A stretch of DNA of 64,000 nt from Vicugna vicugna. Taxonomy: Eukaryota. The position numbers and the translations under genes were made by a program. Below the pieces are notes generated by a model. It searched no databases, had not been told where the DNA came from, and saw nothing but the letters and a program-made list of their open reading frames with translations. Positions within the stretch are counted from its first letter, which is position 1. Each line of letters begins with the position of its first letter. Shown here in pieces: positions 1-14,409 of the stretch. The stretch covers positions 4,612,782-4,676,781 of the forward strand of contig MU062166.1 in the NCBI GenBank assembly GCA_013265495.1, given 5' to 3'.

Positions 1-136
<136 letters not shown>

Positions 137-2347
137 TCAGTTTCCTCTAACCTACTGGTTGCCACTGTTAGTTGATGAAAACTTGGCTGGAACAGCATGC
201 AACTGAATTTTAGAACCAGGGAAGACTTTCTAAATCACCTCCCTCATCTTCCTGGTGAAGCAGTAAAGGCCCAGATAGGGAACTGCTCTGCTGCATGTCA
301 AACAGCTGATTCTGGGTCAACAGGGTCAAAACTCAGAACAAGAACACAGGCCTCTGACACTAAGGCCAAGCCTTTTCCAGCAAACCTCCCAAATATGGCA
401 TTTTTCTCTATCAGGAAATAATTCCATCCTCTGGCAGATCTGAGATATCTCAGAAAATCACACAAACTTCATGAGAGCAACTGTGAGGACTTCCAGGGAG
501 GAAGAGGAGGAGGAGGCTGGGGGCCCTTTATATCACTTTAGACTTTCCCTGGACCACGTGCTGCTAGTCGGAGCCCTCGCAGCCCTCAGAATGCTCGCAG
601 ATGGATTCAGAGGGCACCCTGGAACTGCAGACAAGAGGTGTATGCATGGGCATCTCCAGGGGCCAAGGCTCATGCCTTCCAAAGGGGCCACAATTCCCAT
701 CCCCCAAAATTAAAGTTTTAAAAACCTCTACTCCACTGAAAAACAAAATAAAAATGAAAACCTCTGCTCCAACATTTCAAGCAAGAGCAGCTTACGTCCT
801 GCATGCACAGGCTTACAGCTTCTAAAAAGTGGCAAGATTCTTCCCCAGGTGCCCCACTTCAATTTTCCCCTGTGGGAAAATCTGGGCTTACTAAGCGATA
901 AGCAAATGAGATGAGGGCATGGAAAGAAGCCAGGCTGCAAGAAGCTCTTTGACTTCACAAAAGGAAGAGCGACACAACTGCCTGGAGTATAAAATCCATG
1001 CGGACGGACAGACGTGGAGGACTGACCACCAGCCCCACAGAGGATGGGGCACCACTGGGGTCACAGAGTGAGGTCTCCTCTAGGCTCTGAGCCACCCACT
1101 GGCTGTAAAAACAGCCCCATCGTAAAGGCTCTGTGGCTGATGTCTTTCCCTGTCCTAAGGGAAGGCCAGCCTTGGTATCACCAGAGAAAGAGGACTCCCA
1201 GACTCCCTCCCTGAGCTCCACAAACAAATCAGAAGCTCTGCCAAGAGGGACCAGCCTTCTCCACACTCGGCCCTGGGCTGCTGAGGGTGGCTAATGCAGG
1301 GCACACAGCCCACTGCACCTGCCACTCAGAAAGGCGAGGAGGCAGGTCCAGGCCACGCAGGATGCAGGCGGGGGGCTGCCCCTGTTGGTGGAGCCGAGAC
1401 TCGCCCAGTAGGAGAGTGTAGTCCTCCCAAGCATCAAACCCCCAAGGTGGGAGCAGCTCAAAACACCCTAGTAGCCCCTGGGAGCCATTCAGATCCAGAG
1501 CTTAAAAAAAAACAAAAAAAACCCAACATCTTCCTGACCATTTCCACCCCGCAACCTCCCCTCAGGGAGAGACGTGATGAGTGTCCCACAAGAACCCACA
1601 AAAGAAAGAAAAAGCCTAACTCCCCAGGCATCCACAATGTGCCAGGACCCCCACATCCCAAGAACGGATCTCTCCACCGGGAAATGTGGGAAAAACTCAG
1701 CTTAGGGTGTCCTTTCTGAGATGCCTACAATAGGATTTATAATGCAACCGTTCCCTATAACTCCTCTCATAAAAGAATACTGCAGGAGGATGAAGTTAAT
1801 GGTTAAAAGTTTCAGCTTCTTGGACGTAGGCATGAAGCAGGGTTGGAAGGTTAATGCAGAAACATTCAGACTCCCATGAATGCCACGTGATGTTTACATC
1901 TCTGAGAGGTTGTTCACAGGTTCTAGAAGGTTCTGCACCAGCGCCAATCCAGTTAGTTCCCTTTTAGCTTCCCAAGTGACTCCCCAGACCACTGTCATTC
2001 CTGCTTTGGTCCTCTTGTAAAGGAGAAAGGGTGTCCGTACTTGCTCCCTCCAAAAATGCCAATTTTTCTTTATTTGTAAGTTAAGGTTGGGGTCCTGAAT
2101 CCAATGCACCAACACTCATCTAAATTAATCAACTCTATGAGAGTGGATACTTCCTAAGCACATACAAATATAAAAGGAACAAAGACTCACGGTCATTTCC
2201 AAGGAGTCGAAGAATAGCACGATCTAGGAGGCTGCCGCTTTCCAGCAAAACCAGCTTTTCTTTTTCGTAAGTGCACACAGCTCAAGATAAATAGTCTGTC
2301 CAAGATGCTGATTTATACTGAAAACTTCTCAACCCCTAGGTCAACTA

Positions 2348-2590
<243 letters not shown>

Positions 2591-4569
2591 TTAGCGCACA
2601 GCATCTGGTGAAGGGGTGTAGTGAGGGAAATTCCAGAACTAAATATAAAAATCTTTCAGCAGCTTGCAAAAGCGTGGAGCATTGATCATATGGAACTAAT
2701 GAGACTTGGGGTACACACGCGCTTGACTATTTTCTTCGTGACGTTTTAGAGAATGTCAATTACTGCTGGAACAGCTATTAAATTTCACATTTGTATTCTT
2801 GATTTATTTTCTTTATGGAAGGTATCCTTCTTGCGAGTGAGGTGGTCAGCTTTCCTAAGTGCTAACAATGAGGAGCTTTTGATCTTCAGCCCGTTGAACA
2901 CTCGTCATTTAGCATGTCTCAAAGAAAACCGTGAAAGCTGTTCTTATTTTTTGTCTCTGAGAAGTGATGTCTTTAAAAATCGCTATTATTCAAATACCAG
3001 TGGATTTTATGATCACATTCCGGGCCAAGTTACATGACATGAATCTTAAAACACATTTCAAGGAATCACTAGTTTTTTTTTTTTTCACTAAGGGAAAAAG
3101 AAAATTCTAGAAATTGAGGGGAATTTTTTTTGACATAGTAGCTTAGAAATTCTTATGATTACCCAAAATTAACAATGAAGAAAATCCAAAGTGAACACAG
3201 CAAACTAAATGTCTAAGCCCAGAAGCTCTACACACATCATACAGCCATACAGTCTCCTTGGGCCCAAAAGAAAGGAAGAGACGCTGCGATACATCTGCAT
3301 GTGCTTTTTTCATTTAAGCACAACACAAAGTACTGAGCCGCCACTAGCAAGGAGTATTTCTGGTAAGTACGCAATGGTTTGCAAACGTTAAGCAAAGACC
3401 GAGGGCAGTGTGTGCTATGCTGAGGTCATTCCCTTTCTATCCTGAACTAAAATTAAACTTAATATCTTGGCAGAAGATAAACATTTGCATTGGAAAAATG
3501 GCTAATTTATGTCCCATTGCCCTGCTACTACAAGCAAAACAATCCTTTCTTTGTATAATGTCTGCCTTCCATCTAATAAACTGCTTCTAAATAGCCTTCA
3601 TTCATTGGAAATCCGCTCCACCTACGGTTGTGCTAAACACTGTTTTGAAATGCTTAGCACTCAGATTTTCCGCACTCAGGGTACCCCGGGCGGGCGCTAA
3701 CAGTTGGACACAGACAGACTCCCACTGTTGCCGGTGGTGTCACCGGTGGCAAAAACTAAGGACTGAAACTGAGAGCTGCAATTTCTTAAAATATGATCAT
3801 AGCTCCCCAACTCAGTCCTACATCCATAGGAATGTGCCATGAACTCACCTACTAGCTTAACCAAACCAGGGAGCTGCGAGGGCTCATGAGAAACATCGCT
3901 CTACGTTTTCCGCATTTCCACATTTCCACGTTCTACAGGTAAAGAAACCACTCTTTCTTCCCTGGTGCCTTACTGGTAACTGTTCAGTAAACAAGTCCTG
4001 AATGAACGAAGAGCCCACAAAATAAACTGGAAATCACTTCCATTAACACTCTAACAGAATGACACCGGCACAATAGTGAGGTTCTAACTTACGGTGCATA
4101 TCAGCATCTCTAAATGAGCTGTTAGGAAGCAAAACTGGTTGGAGTTGTATGTATCAAAATGACAAGTGCCATGTGAACCACCTCCCCTTCCAAAGAGAGC
4201 TCGTCAGATCCAGTCTCTGGGAAAGCTTATCTCTGCACTTCCACATTTGTATATGAGTTCCTTTCTCTAGACAGAGAAGAACGAGACACTTCTCCGACAT
4301 AATCTCAGGGAGATAGCGCAAACGTCAAGACAAATAGGGCAGCTGTATATAAGCAAGTCAAGGGCTTATTCCAGTTGATCTGATGCAGGCGCATAGGCAG
4401 TGATTCCTACCTTCCATTACTCTCAAGCTGTTTGGACTCTAACTACCACAAGAGGTACCCCAGAAATGACCGCCGTATTCATTTCAGAAGGTGGGTCAGA
4501 AGGTGGGTCTGGGGGCTGGTCCCTGGCTAGAAGCCAGAAGTTGTGCTCAGTCCCAGGAGGTCTGTACCA

Positions 4570-4680
4570 TGAACTCCATTTTATAGAAATGAAGTTCAAA
4601 GAGAAATCAGGAAACTCACAAGGTTGCCCAGCCACTGGCCGGCAGAGCCAGGATTCAAACCCAACCCAACAGAGCCCAAG
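4570..4680 (-). mobile_element. MIR SINE fragment
   Basis: ccattttatagaaatgaa...ggcagagccaggattcaaaccc resembles the antisense MIR core. Boundaries approximate. Confidence 0.6.
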
Positions 4681-5323
4681 GACATGAACTTCAAAGCCAG
4701 ACCAAGAAATACACAACTGCCAACAATGCCTTCCCCAGAGCCCCAGTGGCCACACTTTGACTGAACACCTGATTGGAACACCTCTTTTTCACCCATTATG
4801 GACCCAAGAAATTTGATGTCAGGTACCATACTCGAAGCATTTCTGCTCAATATTACATTAATAACTATTAAAAACAACAACACTGGCTAACGATGCTTAA
4901 GGCAATTTATATTCTAGACCTACTTTCTCTAAAGAAATGAACTACAGAACAGTCACACTGGAACCAGCAGTTGAAATGTCAACTATGTTTTATAAATGGG
5001 ATCATAATACCACCTTTATTCCATTTGACTGGGTTTCAATTATCTAGAAAGTTTTAAAAATGCTAACAAGGTACCATCTTGTTTGGGGACCAGCCATAGC
5101 TTAGTAGCTCTGTTTTAAGAGAATTATTAAAAAAGAGGGAGAGAGAATCAATTCTTTGCTTTTCCAGGCGTTGCTTATTTCGAAATATAATCTTACCCAA
5201 ACTATAGCTGATATCATCTCAGCAAGACCTTGGCAGTTAAGGGTCTTAAAAAGAAAATGTCAATCCAATCTCCCCATTTATGTTGAAGTCCCCATTCGGG
5301 GATGTGCCCCGTAGAAGTACTCA

Positions 5324-5509
<186 letters not shown>

Positions 5510-5731
5510 CTAGCTCCACCTGAGAAGCTAGAAGGCCGGCCAGAGCCCAGCCAGACGGTCAGCTCTTTGGAAGGAAGGGGGGGGGGGGTTGAGCAAAGTC
5601 ATGAATTCAGACCCAGACCACTGAATTCAACTCCTCTGTCCTCTCATCTATGCAGTACGTGCAAGATTTCATCTAAATTACATGTTCCTAAGACCAGGTT
5701 TCCAAACAGCGTTCTTAGACAGTGCTTGATT

Positions 5732-5758
5732 AAAAAAAAAAAAAAAAAAAAAAAAAAA
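5732..5758 (+). repeat. A27 homopolymer
   Basis: Directly visible. Confidence 0.95.
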
Positions 5759-8234
5759 TTCTGTCCTAACTCCTCAAGGCAGTCACTTGAGGACGCAGAG
5801 GCAGACCCCTCGGGCTTCCTTCTGGCCTTTTTGCCTGTGCCTGTCCTGCAGCCCCAGATATCAACCTCCTCCCCGCAGACTGCTCAGGTCATGAGTCAAT
5901 GCTGTGCTTACGGAATTCCATCAAAACTTCTGAAAAATAAGCTTTTCAATCAGCTCTACCTTTTGAAACATAAAGCAGAGCACCTCAAGGAACAGGCTCT
6001 AGGGTTTGAACGTCAAAGGCATTCCCATAGCTTCAAGTGTCTTTACTCAAGGGAATCAAAGCCCAGACACTGGGGACCACTGTCTGCTTCTCCCTAGTCC
6101 TTCTGGGAACTGGTTGGTGCCCAGGCCATTTGGAGAAAATCAATGCCCCTTATCAACTTCAGTTTTAGAAACTAGTGGCTTAAACACAGGGGATGAAGTC
6201 AGCAGAAAGAAAACTACAGCTTTATTCATAATCTCACGGGAAAACTTCTCTCCCACCCAGCAGCGAGGGGGGGCTTGACTGAGTCTTCTCATTTACCATT
6301 TTAGCTTGCATTTGACAAAGTGATTATTTCTTAAGTATATCATTTTCCCTGTGCTGGTTTCTATACAGGAAAACACCATCACGGGCTGCTTGACCACCAC
6401 CTTATTCTAAATCGTGAACAAAACTTTGGCCCGAGAGTTGGAACATCAGGTAAATGTGACCCATCAAACGTGGTTCTGTCCCCTGCATGACTGACCACGA
6501 CGACCCTTCCCTCCAGCTGTGCTTACAAACACTTTTTAAATCCATGTGGCAAGGACTGAGTGCAGATGAACAAATTTAATGAGGATGAACTTCCAAGGTG
6601 CAGCCTGGACCATTCCCACAGGGAACCAGAAGTCCTCTACTTTCCTAGGAATGTCCTATTTAAAAAAAAAAAAAATCTTGATTCTCTCCTTAAACCCAGA
6701 CTGCCCTTAATGCAGGTAGGAAACCTAAGACGGCCAAGAATGGATTTGGGGTGGGGGTGGGGGGTCATTTTAGGAATAGGAAGTTGGTTTCAGTATTAAA
6801 GTATTAAAAATAAAAATTAAAAAAATAAAAATGCTCATGAGAACATTTCTGAGCCTTTTGAGCAGTCTTTTGGCAAAGAGAGTTATTCCTAAATTTTATT
6901 ATACAGACAGTATGAGCAATGTTTATTCACTGTGAACACAGTAAATAATTACTTTTTTAAAGGAAAGGAACAATCCTTAATTTTGGAGATGAGAGGGGCC
7001 TCATGTGGCTCCAAGAGGCTGAGCTCTCTCACTCAAGTATCTGGGCTGCACAGGCAAACAGCAGAAGCAAAGAAAAGAGGAGACCTCAGCCGCTGGGCCC
7101 ACCAGTAACACCATCAAGGTCTCCCAGTCTCCACTGACCACATAGGTGTCTGGAGCTCCATCTGCAGAGAAGGGCTCAGAAAGATTCAGAAATAGGTTTG
7201 GCCAAAGCTACCTCCCCAAGTCCTAATGCCCGGCATCGCATCAGGTCATGTGCTGTGGAGGCAACAGGAGACTGGGGTTCTCAAAGACAAAAAGGTCTTC
7301 TCCCACAGGAAGAAGCAAAAATCACCACTCACTGCAGGAGGGACTGTGCTTGAAGATCACAGGCAAGAAGATTCAGAAAACAAGTAGAAGACTGCCCTGC
7401 AAGAGACAGCACCAGCCCCAACCGGATTTCGTAGCCCCAACAGCCCCTCCCAGGCCAGCAGTGCAGTCCTCTTCCCTGGACCACGGGGTTCCCAGAACTC
7501 CACTCTCAGTGCGTGGTGTGCTGGGATGGTGGCGAGGACAGAAACCCACGGGGAGATGGTGGGGGAAGTGGTTCTGGGTGAAGAGGCATGTCTGGCCTTC
7601 CCTGCCGTGACCTCGCAAATCACTGCCCCCATCAGTGAGGCTTACAGGACTTGATGTGAGGGAGCAGCCTTCCCACAGTGAGGTGTGAGAACACAGGCAC
7701 CAAAAACAAGATTCGGGAAGGAGATATCAGAGCCTGAGCAGTGGTCACCTTTGGGGAGAGACGTTAGAAGTTGAGGACGAGGTAGAAAATGTCTTATTTC
7801 AGAACTTTCTAAACTGTTTGAATTTGACTCCCATGCGTGCGTATCTCTTTTACATTCTAGAAAAACAAAGTACTTTCTTCAATGATAGAAATATTTTTTA
7901 GAATAAAAAGGATCTGAAGTGAGGCATGTCACGGGAGGTTGGAAAATAGGGCATATGCTTGAAATACACTGACTTCTGAAACGAGCTGAAAGTGATGAGG
8001 TCATTTCTCTCGCTCCTTCCCTGTGCCACAGGCTGGGTGCTGGGGCATCTCTGCACCCTTCTGTGTGGGTACCCAGTGACTCCCTAGAGCTAAGTGGCCA
8101 GCCCTAGTTGGTGCCTGTCCCCTGCGAACCACTTGTGACGCAGGGCCCTGAGTCAGGTGGTGGCATCCTGACCGACTGCACCATCGAGGGGCTGTGTGGT
8201 CCAATGGTCAGGATTCACATCTCTGTTCCAACAC

Positions 8235-8410
8235 TGGCCAACTGGGAGAGCTTTGGGAAGTCACTTGACCTTCCTAAACTCGAGTTTCCTCGTCTGTTAA
8301 AAAGAGACTAGATCAGTTCCCACAGAAGTACTGTGAAGGTAAAATGAGGTCATACCCGTAAAGCATTTAGTGCTGAGACCGGCACTTGCTACGAGCTCAG
8401 CACGTGTCTG
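8235..8410 (+). mobile_element. MIR SINE fragment
   Basis: gggaagtcacttgaccttcc...gtttcctcgtctgttaaaa...taaagcatttag matches the MIR core. Boundaries approximate. Confidence 0.65.
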
Positions 8411-11400
8411 CTACGAAAACCGCGATTTTTTTTTTTTTTTAAGAGTCATTTGCTGCCCAGATCCAAGGGAGCTTATGTCAGCATCTCCCTCTGGGGAAGC
8501 CTGAGGACTTGGAGCTTAGGGTTGTCCTGAGTGTGAGATACTGTCCCACGTGGGCAATGGGGCAGAAAGAAATCCTGCTGGCGTTCAAGGCAGGATCTGC
8601 TTTAATGGTTTGAAAGATGAGAGCCTCTGCTCACAGCCGCAGCCACGATGGGCCGGGGCTCCAGTAAGCAAAAGAGCAAACCCCAGAAAATTAAGGATGC
8701 AGGAGTCAGGGGACGGTCCCAGGGCAGGAGGCAAGCTGGAGAGTGAGGAGGTCCTCGTGACACCTAGGCTGCGAGGCCGCTTAAGAAAAGGAAACCTTCA
8801 CATCCAGTCAAAGGTGAGCTGCTCTGCGGCTAACCTACGACCCAGAAGGAATCCCTGCCCACACGGCCACGGATAAAGTTCGCACTCACGTACACCTTCT
8901 CCCCAGTGTCTCAAACAAGGCTTTAATGTGAAAGCTTTTAAAATGGAAAACCTTCCCAAACTTCGTTGCTGTCATTACGATTAAAATTATGGAAATTTTG
9001 TTCAGATTAAGGGTAGAGGTTTAGATTCGATGTACAGATCTGGAAAGTACTTTTGTAAAAAGTGCAAAGAGGAGAAAGGTAAAGTAATGCTCCAAGAAAC
9101 TACAGAATTCAATCACTCTGTCTACAGAGGTATATCTCAATTTTGCATTTTTACTCCCTGCATTTTTACTATGCTTTTAAAACCCCCTCAGGGACTGTAA
9201 AATATGACTGGCTTTCTCTTCACTCCGTTCTACTTCGAGTGCTAACGTGTTTCCAGGGCTGGCACGACCCCTCGCAGGCGATTCCTCGGTGGAACACGGT
9301 GTTTCTGGCGGGTCTCTCCTGCGGACCACGCTCCTCCAGGAATCCCACTGCCCACCTCTGCCACCTCCTTCTGCAGCACCATTTGGCACAAAATCATAAT
9401 CTTCCCTATCAGAAGGCTCCTTCAATTCCAGGTTTTCTTTTTGATCTAATGTTAAAATATTCCACCGGCAAAGATCATTTTGTTATTTACAACAATAAAC
9501 ATGAACACTCTAGTAAGCTGTCTTCCCACTCCCAAATCCTGGCAGGCACTTTTTTTTTAGCAAGTTTTTTCACAGTCTCAATTCAGCCTCCATACTTTCC
9601 AAAATCTCTTGCCCATAAATTCCTTGAGCCATAAATCAAGCCTTTAACTAAATGTGCTTTTTGTGTATTTCCACAGTACATAAAGGAGATTAAGCAAGGA
9701 AGTGGTTTTTTTCTTCCCTTTTTAAAGGGCCACCAAGAAACTGTGTTATCTTTTAATACTAGATTAGATTCAACAATGAGAGGGGTCCCACAGAGGACAG
9801 AGTAGGCAGAGAAGTGGGGCGGAGGGATGGATATTCATGGGACTATTATGAGGACTCACAAACGGACCACAACCAGCAGAGAAACCCTCCGATTTAGTCT
9901 TAGGCGGATGCACGTTCCCCAACCAGAGCACAAGGCCCCGGAGTTGACAGTTTTGCTGTAAGCCCTGCCCACCACTCCCCAATGGCAAACAAAATGCCTT
10001 CACCACCTCAAGACGAGTGGCTGAAATAAAGGTGCAAGGGGCTTGGGCGAAGTGGGTTTTCTTTTTCCTTCTGTAACAAATCTTAGGTCATGAGGCGGGG
10101 TAGTTGATCCGACACTCACTTTCTCCCTTAGCAAGTCTCCGCCTCCCTGAACCTCACCACAAGGCTCTCCCGAGTAAACCTATCAGACCTGGACCGGCCG
10201 GTCATCGTAGAAGACCACATCAGCCCAAAGCCAGGTCAGACCTTAGACAAACTGCCGTGTCTTCTGGAAGCTGAGAGGAGAGAACGGCTGAATGGGGGCT
10301 GGGCAGGGGGGCCAGACGCCCGCATGAAAGGGCAGATTCCAGTTAAGCCAACCATGACCGTCTAATTACCCAAATGCTTTCTGGAACCAGCGAGGTTTCA
10401 TTAGACCACTTGATTGACCAAAATACAGAGAATGTTCCGAGATCATGCTGTTAGGCTACTAGGGAGTAAATGAGCTTTCAGGAGAGGAACTGCCCTTCAC
10501 AGAATTCGGCGAGTTTAATAACCACTAATATGTGGCCCCAAGAACCGGCTCCCTCCTGAATCACACATGCCAGCCCTCCATCTTCGTCTTGTTCAGGACA
10601 TCCCTGGGAACGTGCCATTTGCCTCAAAGATACTGTTATAAAACATGACTGACTGCCCTTGATTTTCCTCTGGTTTTCAATCTCCCTGTATCAGCAACCA
10701 AGAGGGTGAAACTGAAGTCTAGGGGGAAAAACAAAACAAAACACAGTGAAACCCCTTCTGAGATGCTGCTGTTGCTGGTGGTGGTGGTGGTTGGACAGCA
10801 TGGGCTCCGTGCACCTGTATGTCCCCACCCAGGATCTGGGTTTATCTGTTTATGGAGACAGCTGCATCTCCACCCTGCATTACGAAGCATCTGGCTCCAG
10901 AGCAAGAACCTGATGGACTCACTGAAAAACCAACTCAACAAACCCAGCAAAGCCACATGCTCCCTCAACAGACATCCTCAACTGCCTGCACGCCCCTCCC
11001 TGTCACCACCCAACCGATTCGTACAAAACACATGGCATGTAGCCCTCCCTGTAACTCACGGGTGTGTGAAGACAGCTTCACAACAGCCACGCTGTCCACG
11101 AGCAGCCCCGGAGACCTGCACAAGAGCCGACAGTCACGCGGACGCCCCTCTCTGGGCTGGCTCTTGCTGGTCCCTTTGATGCTGGCACGGTGTCTGAGCC
11201 CCGGCACTGGATGTGGGGTGACCCCAGTCAAGGGAAATCAGGAGACGCCACATGCCAGTCGCCTCTCCCCCACCAAAAAAGTGTTTCTCTTTCTCCAAGC
11301 ATCAAAGGGCATAAAAAAAATCTCAAAAAAAATTCATGGTGACTGGGAAATGATTGCAAGGAATTTCTTCTTAGGTACTGGAGGAAAATATTTCTGTCTC

Positions 11401-13085
11401 AAAAACAAATAAACTGAAATGTCTGTCTCACACTGGTAAGTCCAGGTCAGATGACTAAATGTCAATAAGGAAAAATTCCCAATAGGATAAAAAAATAAAA
11501 TAAACCTTCTCTTGTTCTACAAAGGGAGCAATGATGGACTGAGTGAGATGCAGTCTGTATGCACGTCTCGGGAGGGGCAAGGGTCAGAGCCAAGAAGATG
11601 AAACTCGGATGCCATCATGAAGACACTGAGTGCTACCTATGCAACGGAGGAGGCTGAGCAAACACAGTGTTAAAAGTGGCCTCATAAATGCCTAGGAACA
11701 AGCCATCCTCAAGACATCTGATTACAGGCTCACCTGTCGCCAGGTAAAGGCATGCTTGGCATCCCTGTGGTATGCTCTCTGTCATCAACATATCTGCCCG
11801 CCTTGCTGGGGCTTTTCTTTCCAGCTACAGTCCAATAACCCTCTTTTATCCAGATACCTGATATGCATCTCGTCCACCAAAGGGGCCATGCTTACGGACG
11901 AACTGGTCTTTGGGAAGAATCAGCATGTCCCATGTGAGCAGCTGAGGTGCGTCGACATTTCCCCAAATCATCTCCAAGAGTTGTTTTTCCAGGGACTGGT
12001 CTGTGCCCACTTCCCTCTGCTTCTCTTACACTACCTGACCCCACCGAAACACAAGGCCATCTCAAGCACAAGGCATCTCCAATGAAGGCCCCCAGATAAC
12101 CTTGCAGCCACGGGTGAAGGTCACAGGTCATGTCTTACCTGGAACCTGGGTTAGATCAAACACTCAGAAAGTTATGAAGGAATGGAGGAAGGAGGGAGAG
12201 ATAAAAACGGAGGAAGAGAACCTAATGTTTCCCTCAGTTACACAGGGGAGTAGAGAAAGGACCAAGTTAGGTGAAGATGGACAATGAAGAAAGGCCAGTC
12301 AGCCAAAGAGAAATAAAAACACGATGATGACCAGGGTGGAGTCAAGGGGACTTTAAGGGCATCTGCCTCTTTTATATTAAATAAAAAGAAGAATACTGTA
12401 GCACCTGCAGAAAAAAAAAGGATGATGAAATAATTACAGACAATGGTCTAGCTACACCAAATTATAGGTTTCCTCTAGAGGACAGCATTTTTCCCTATTA
12501 GGAAAAAAATAATAATAATGATAGAGGTGGAAACACCACTCCCTCTTTCAACTCTCTAAGGCCAGGATCTCAAGACGGTGGCTGTAAGAAGGGCCAGGAG
12601 GTGACTGGTAAGGAGCGGGCGTGGGGGAGGGGTGGCCACACCACCTGACGGTCACTGAAGGCACCATCCTGTAGGAGTCACCTTCGTCCTGGACTCTCCC
12701 AGAGTCAGGCAAGTGGCCTCATCATTGCTTCCCTGGTGCCAAGAATGACAGTGGTGCCATTTTAGTAACAATAGCATTCTTGAGGGCAGGAGGGACCCAG
12801 TGGGCACCTTTCTCTCCTCGCTCTTAGGACAATCTGGGATTCATCTGCACTTGACACACGCTCCAAATGCTACCCTCAGCCTCCACGAAGAGAGACCTGC
12901 TTAAAACATGGCTTCAAAGGAGCCAACAAGGACCCATTCAGCCCGGAGTTCGGAGCTGGGCTGAGAACAGACGGATCAATGCCAAAACTGCTGCTGGCCA
13001 GCTGGTTCCTAATCCTTCCTAATGCCTTGTCCAGAAAATGTCATTGCCACCTGAAGTCCCAGGAGGGGCAGAGCAGGGATCAGCC

Positions 13086-13255
13086 CAGAGTTTCTCAGAG
13101 TGCATTTCAGAATCACCCGAGGACTTGCTTAAAATGCGGATTCCTGGCCTTGGTCAAGAACTACTCTACCAGAATCTCTGAGGCTGCAACTGAGGAAGCT
13201 ACAATTTGGACAGATGCCCTGTAAATTCTACTAAAACACAAAGTTTGAGCCAGTG
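13086..13255. mobile_element. MER5-like hAT-Charlie MITE remnant
   Basis: cagaatcacccgaggacttgcttaaaatgcggattcctggcc and terminal agtttgagccagtg resemble the MER5 consensus. Confidence 0.5.
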
Positions 13256-14151
13256 AGTTACCTTGCTGTTTTCAAAAAAAACAAACCTTTATCGGAACCA
13301 AGTTCCAAATACTTTTGTAAACAGCACATTCACGTCCTCCTTCCCGTCCATCTTTGTGAGCTCGAGGGTCAGAGGGCTTCCTGCTCCATTGGCTTTGCAG
13401 GGCTCTCTCTGGTTTAAGGCAGAAGTGTAGGCTCTACACTTGCCCCGTCCGCCCAAAGCAAAATTAAACCAGTCAGGAGGCACGTACAAAAAAGTAACCA
13501 CCAAAGACCAAGGATGGGGTTAACAAAAATCTGCTGCCTGTTCAACATAAAAATCATTCCGTCACCGAACTGACAGCCACAGCATTAGTGTGAACAGCTA
13601 ACAATAACATAATGTATGCATACAATTCTATTTGAAGACTCAGAGCAGGGGAGCCAAAATTCAGTTAAGATAGACATCATGGGCCAGTTTCAATTAAGCA
13701 GTTCAGCCACCTCCAGACACAGGTTTCTGATTTTGATTTAAAAAAGTAAGTTCAAGAGAACCAGTGTCCCTCTTTTACCAACTAGTGGCATAAGCCTGTC
13801 TTAAAAAAAGCATTAGATCACAGGGACAACAGTGGCCCATGCACCGAAGAGACCCCTGCACTGGAGTCTCAGGAAACACACAAGGGCACTGAGTTCCAGG
13901 TTACGTCCTGAGGATGCGCTTGGGGTCTCACTCCATTGTGCTTTCTCACCCTTGGAACTAGACTCGGCTGACCCCATTGATGCACCAGGACTTGACCCTC
14001 CAAGCTCCAAACACTGATCAGACGGCCACTAAGAGGCAAGTCCAAACTGCTCACACGGGGAAGCTCCCACAAGTAGACGGCACGGACACAGAGAAAGAGA
14101 CCCAAGAGCTGGCTGGGCTTGGAGGAAGGGTAAACTTCTTCAAACTCTTTA

Positions 14152-14409
<258 letters not shown>

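Noticed and set aside
4484-4509. 12-nt tandem duplication tcagaaggtggg x2
   Set aside because: It is real but trivial, with no functional context.
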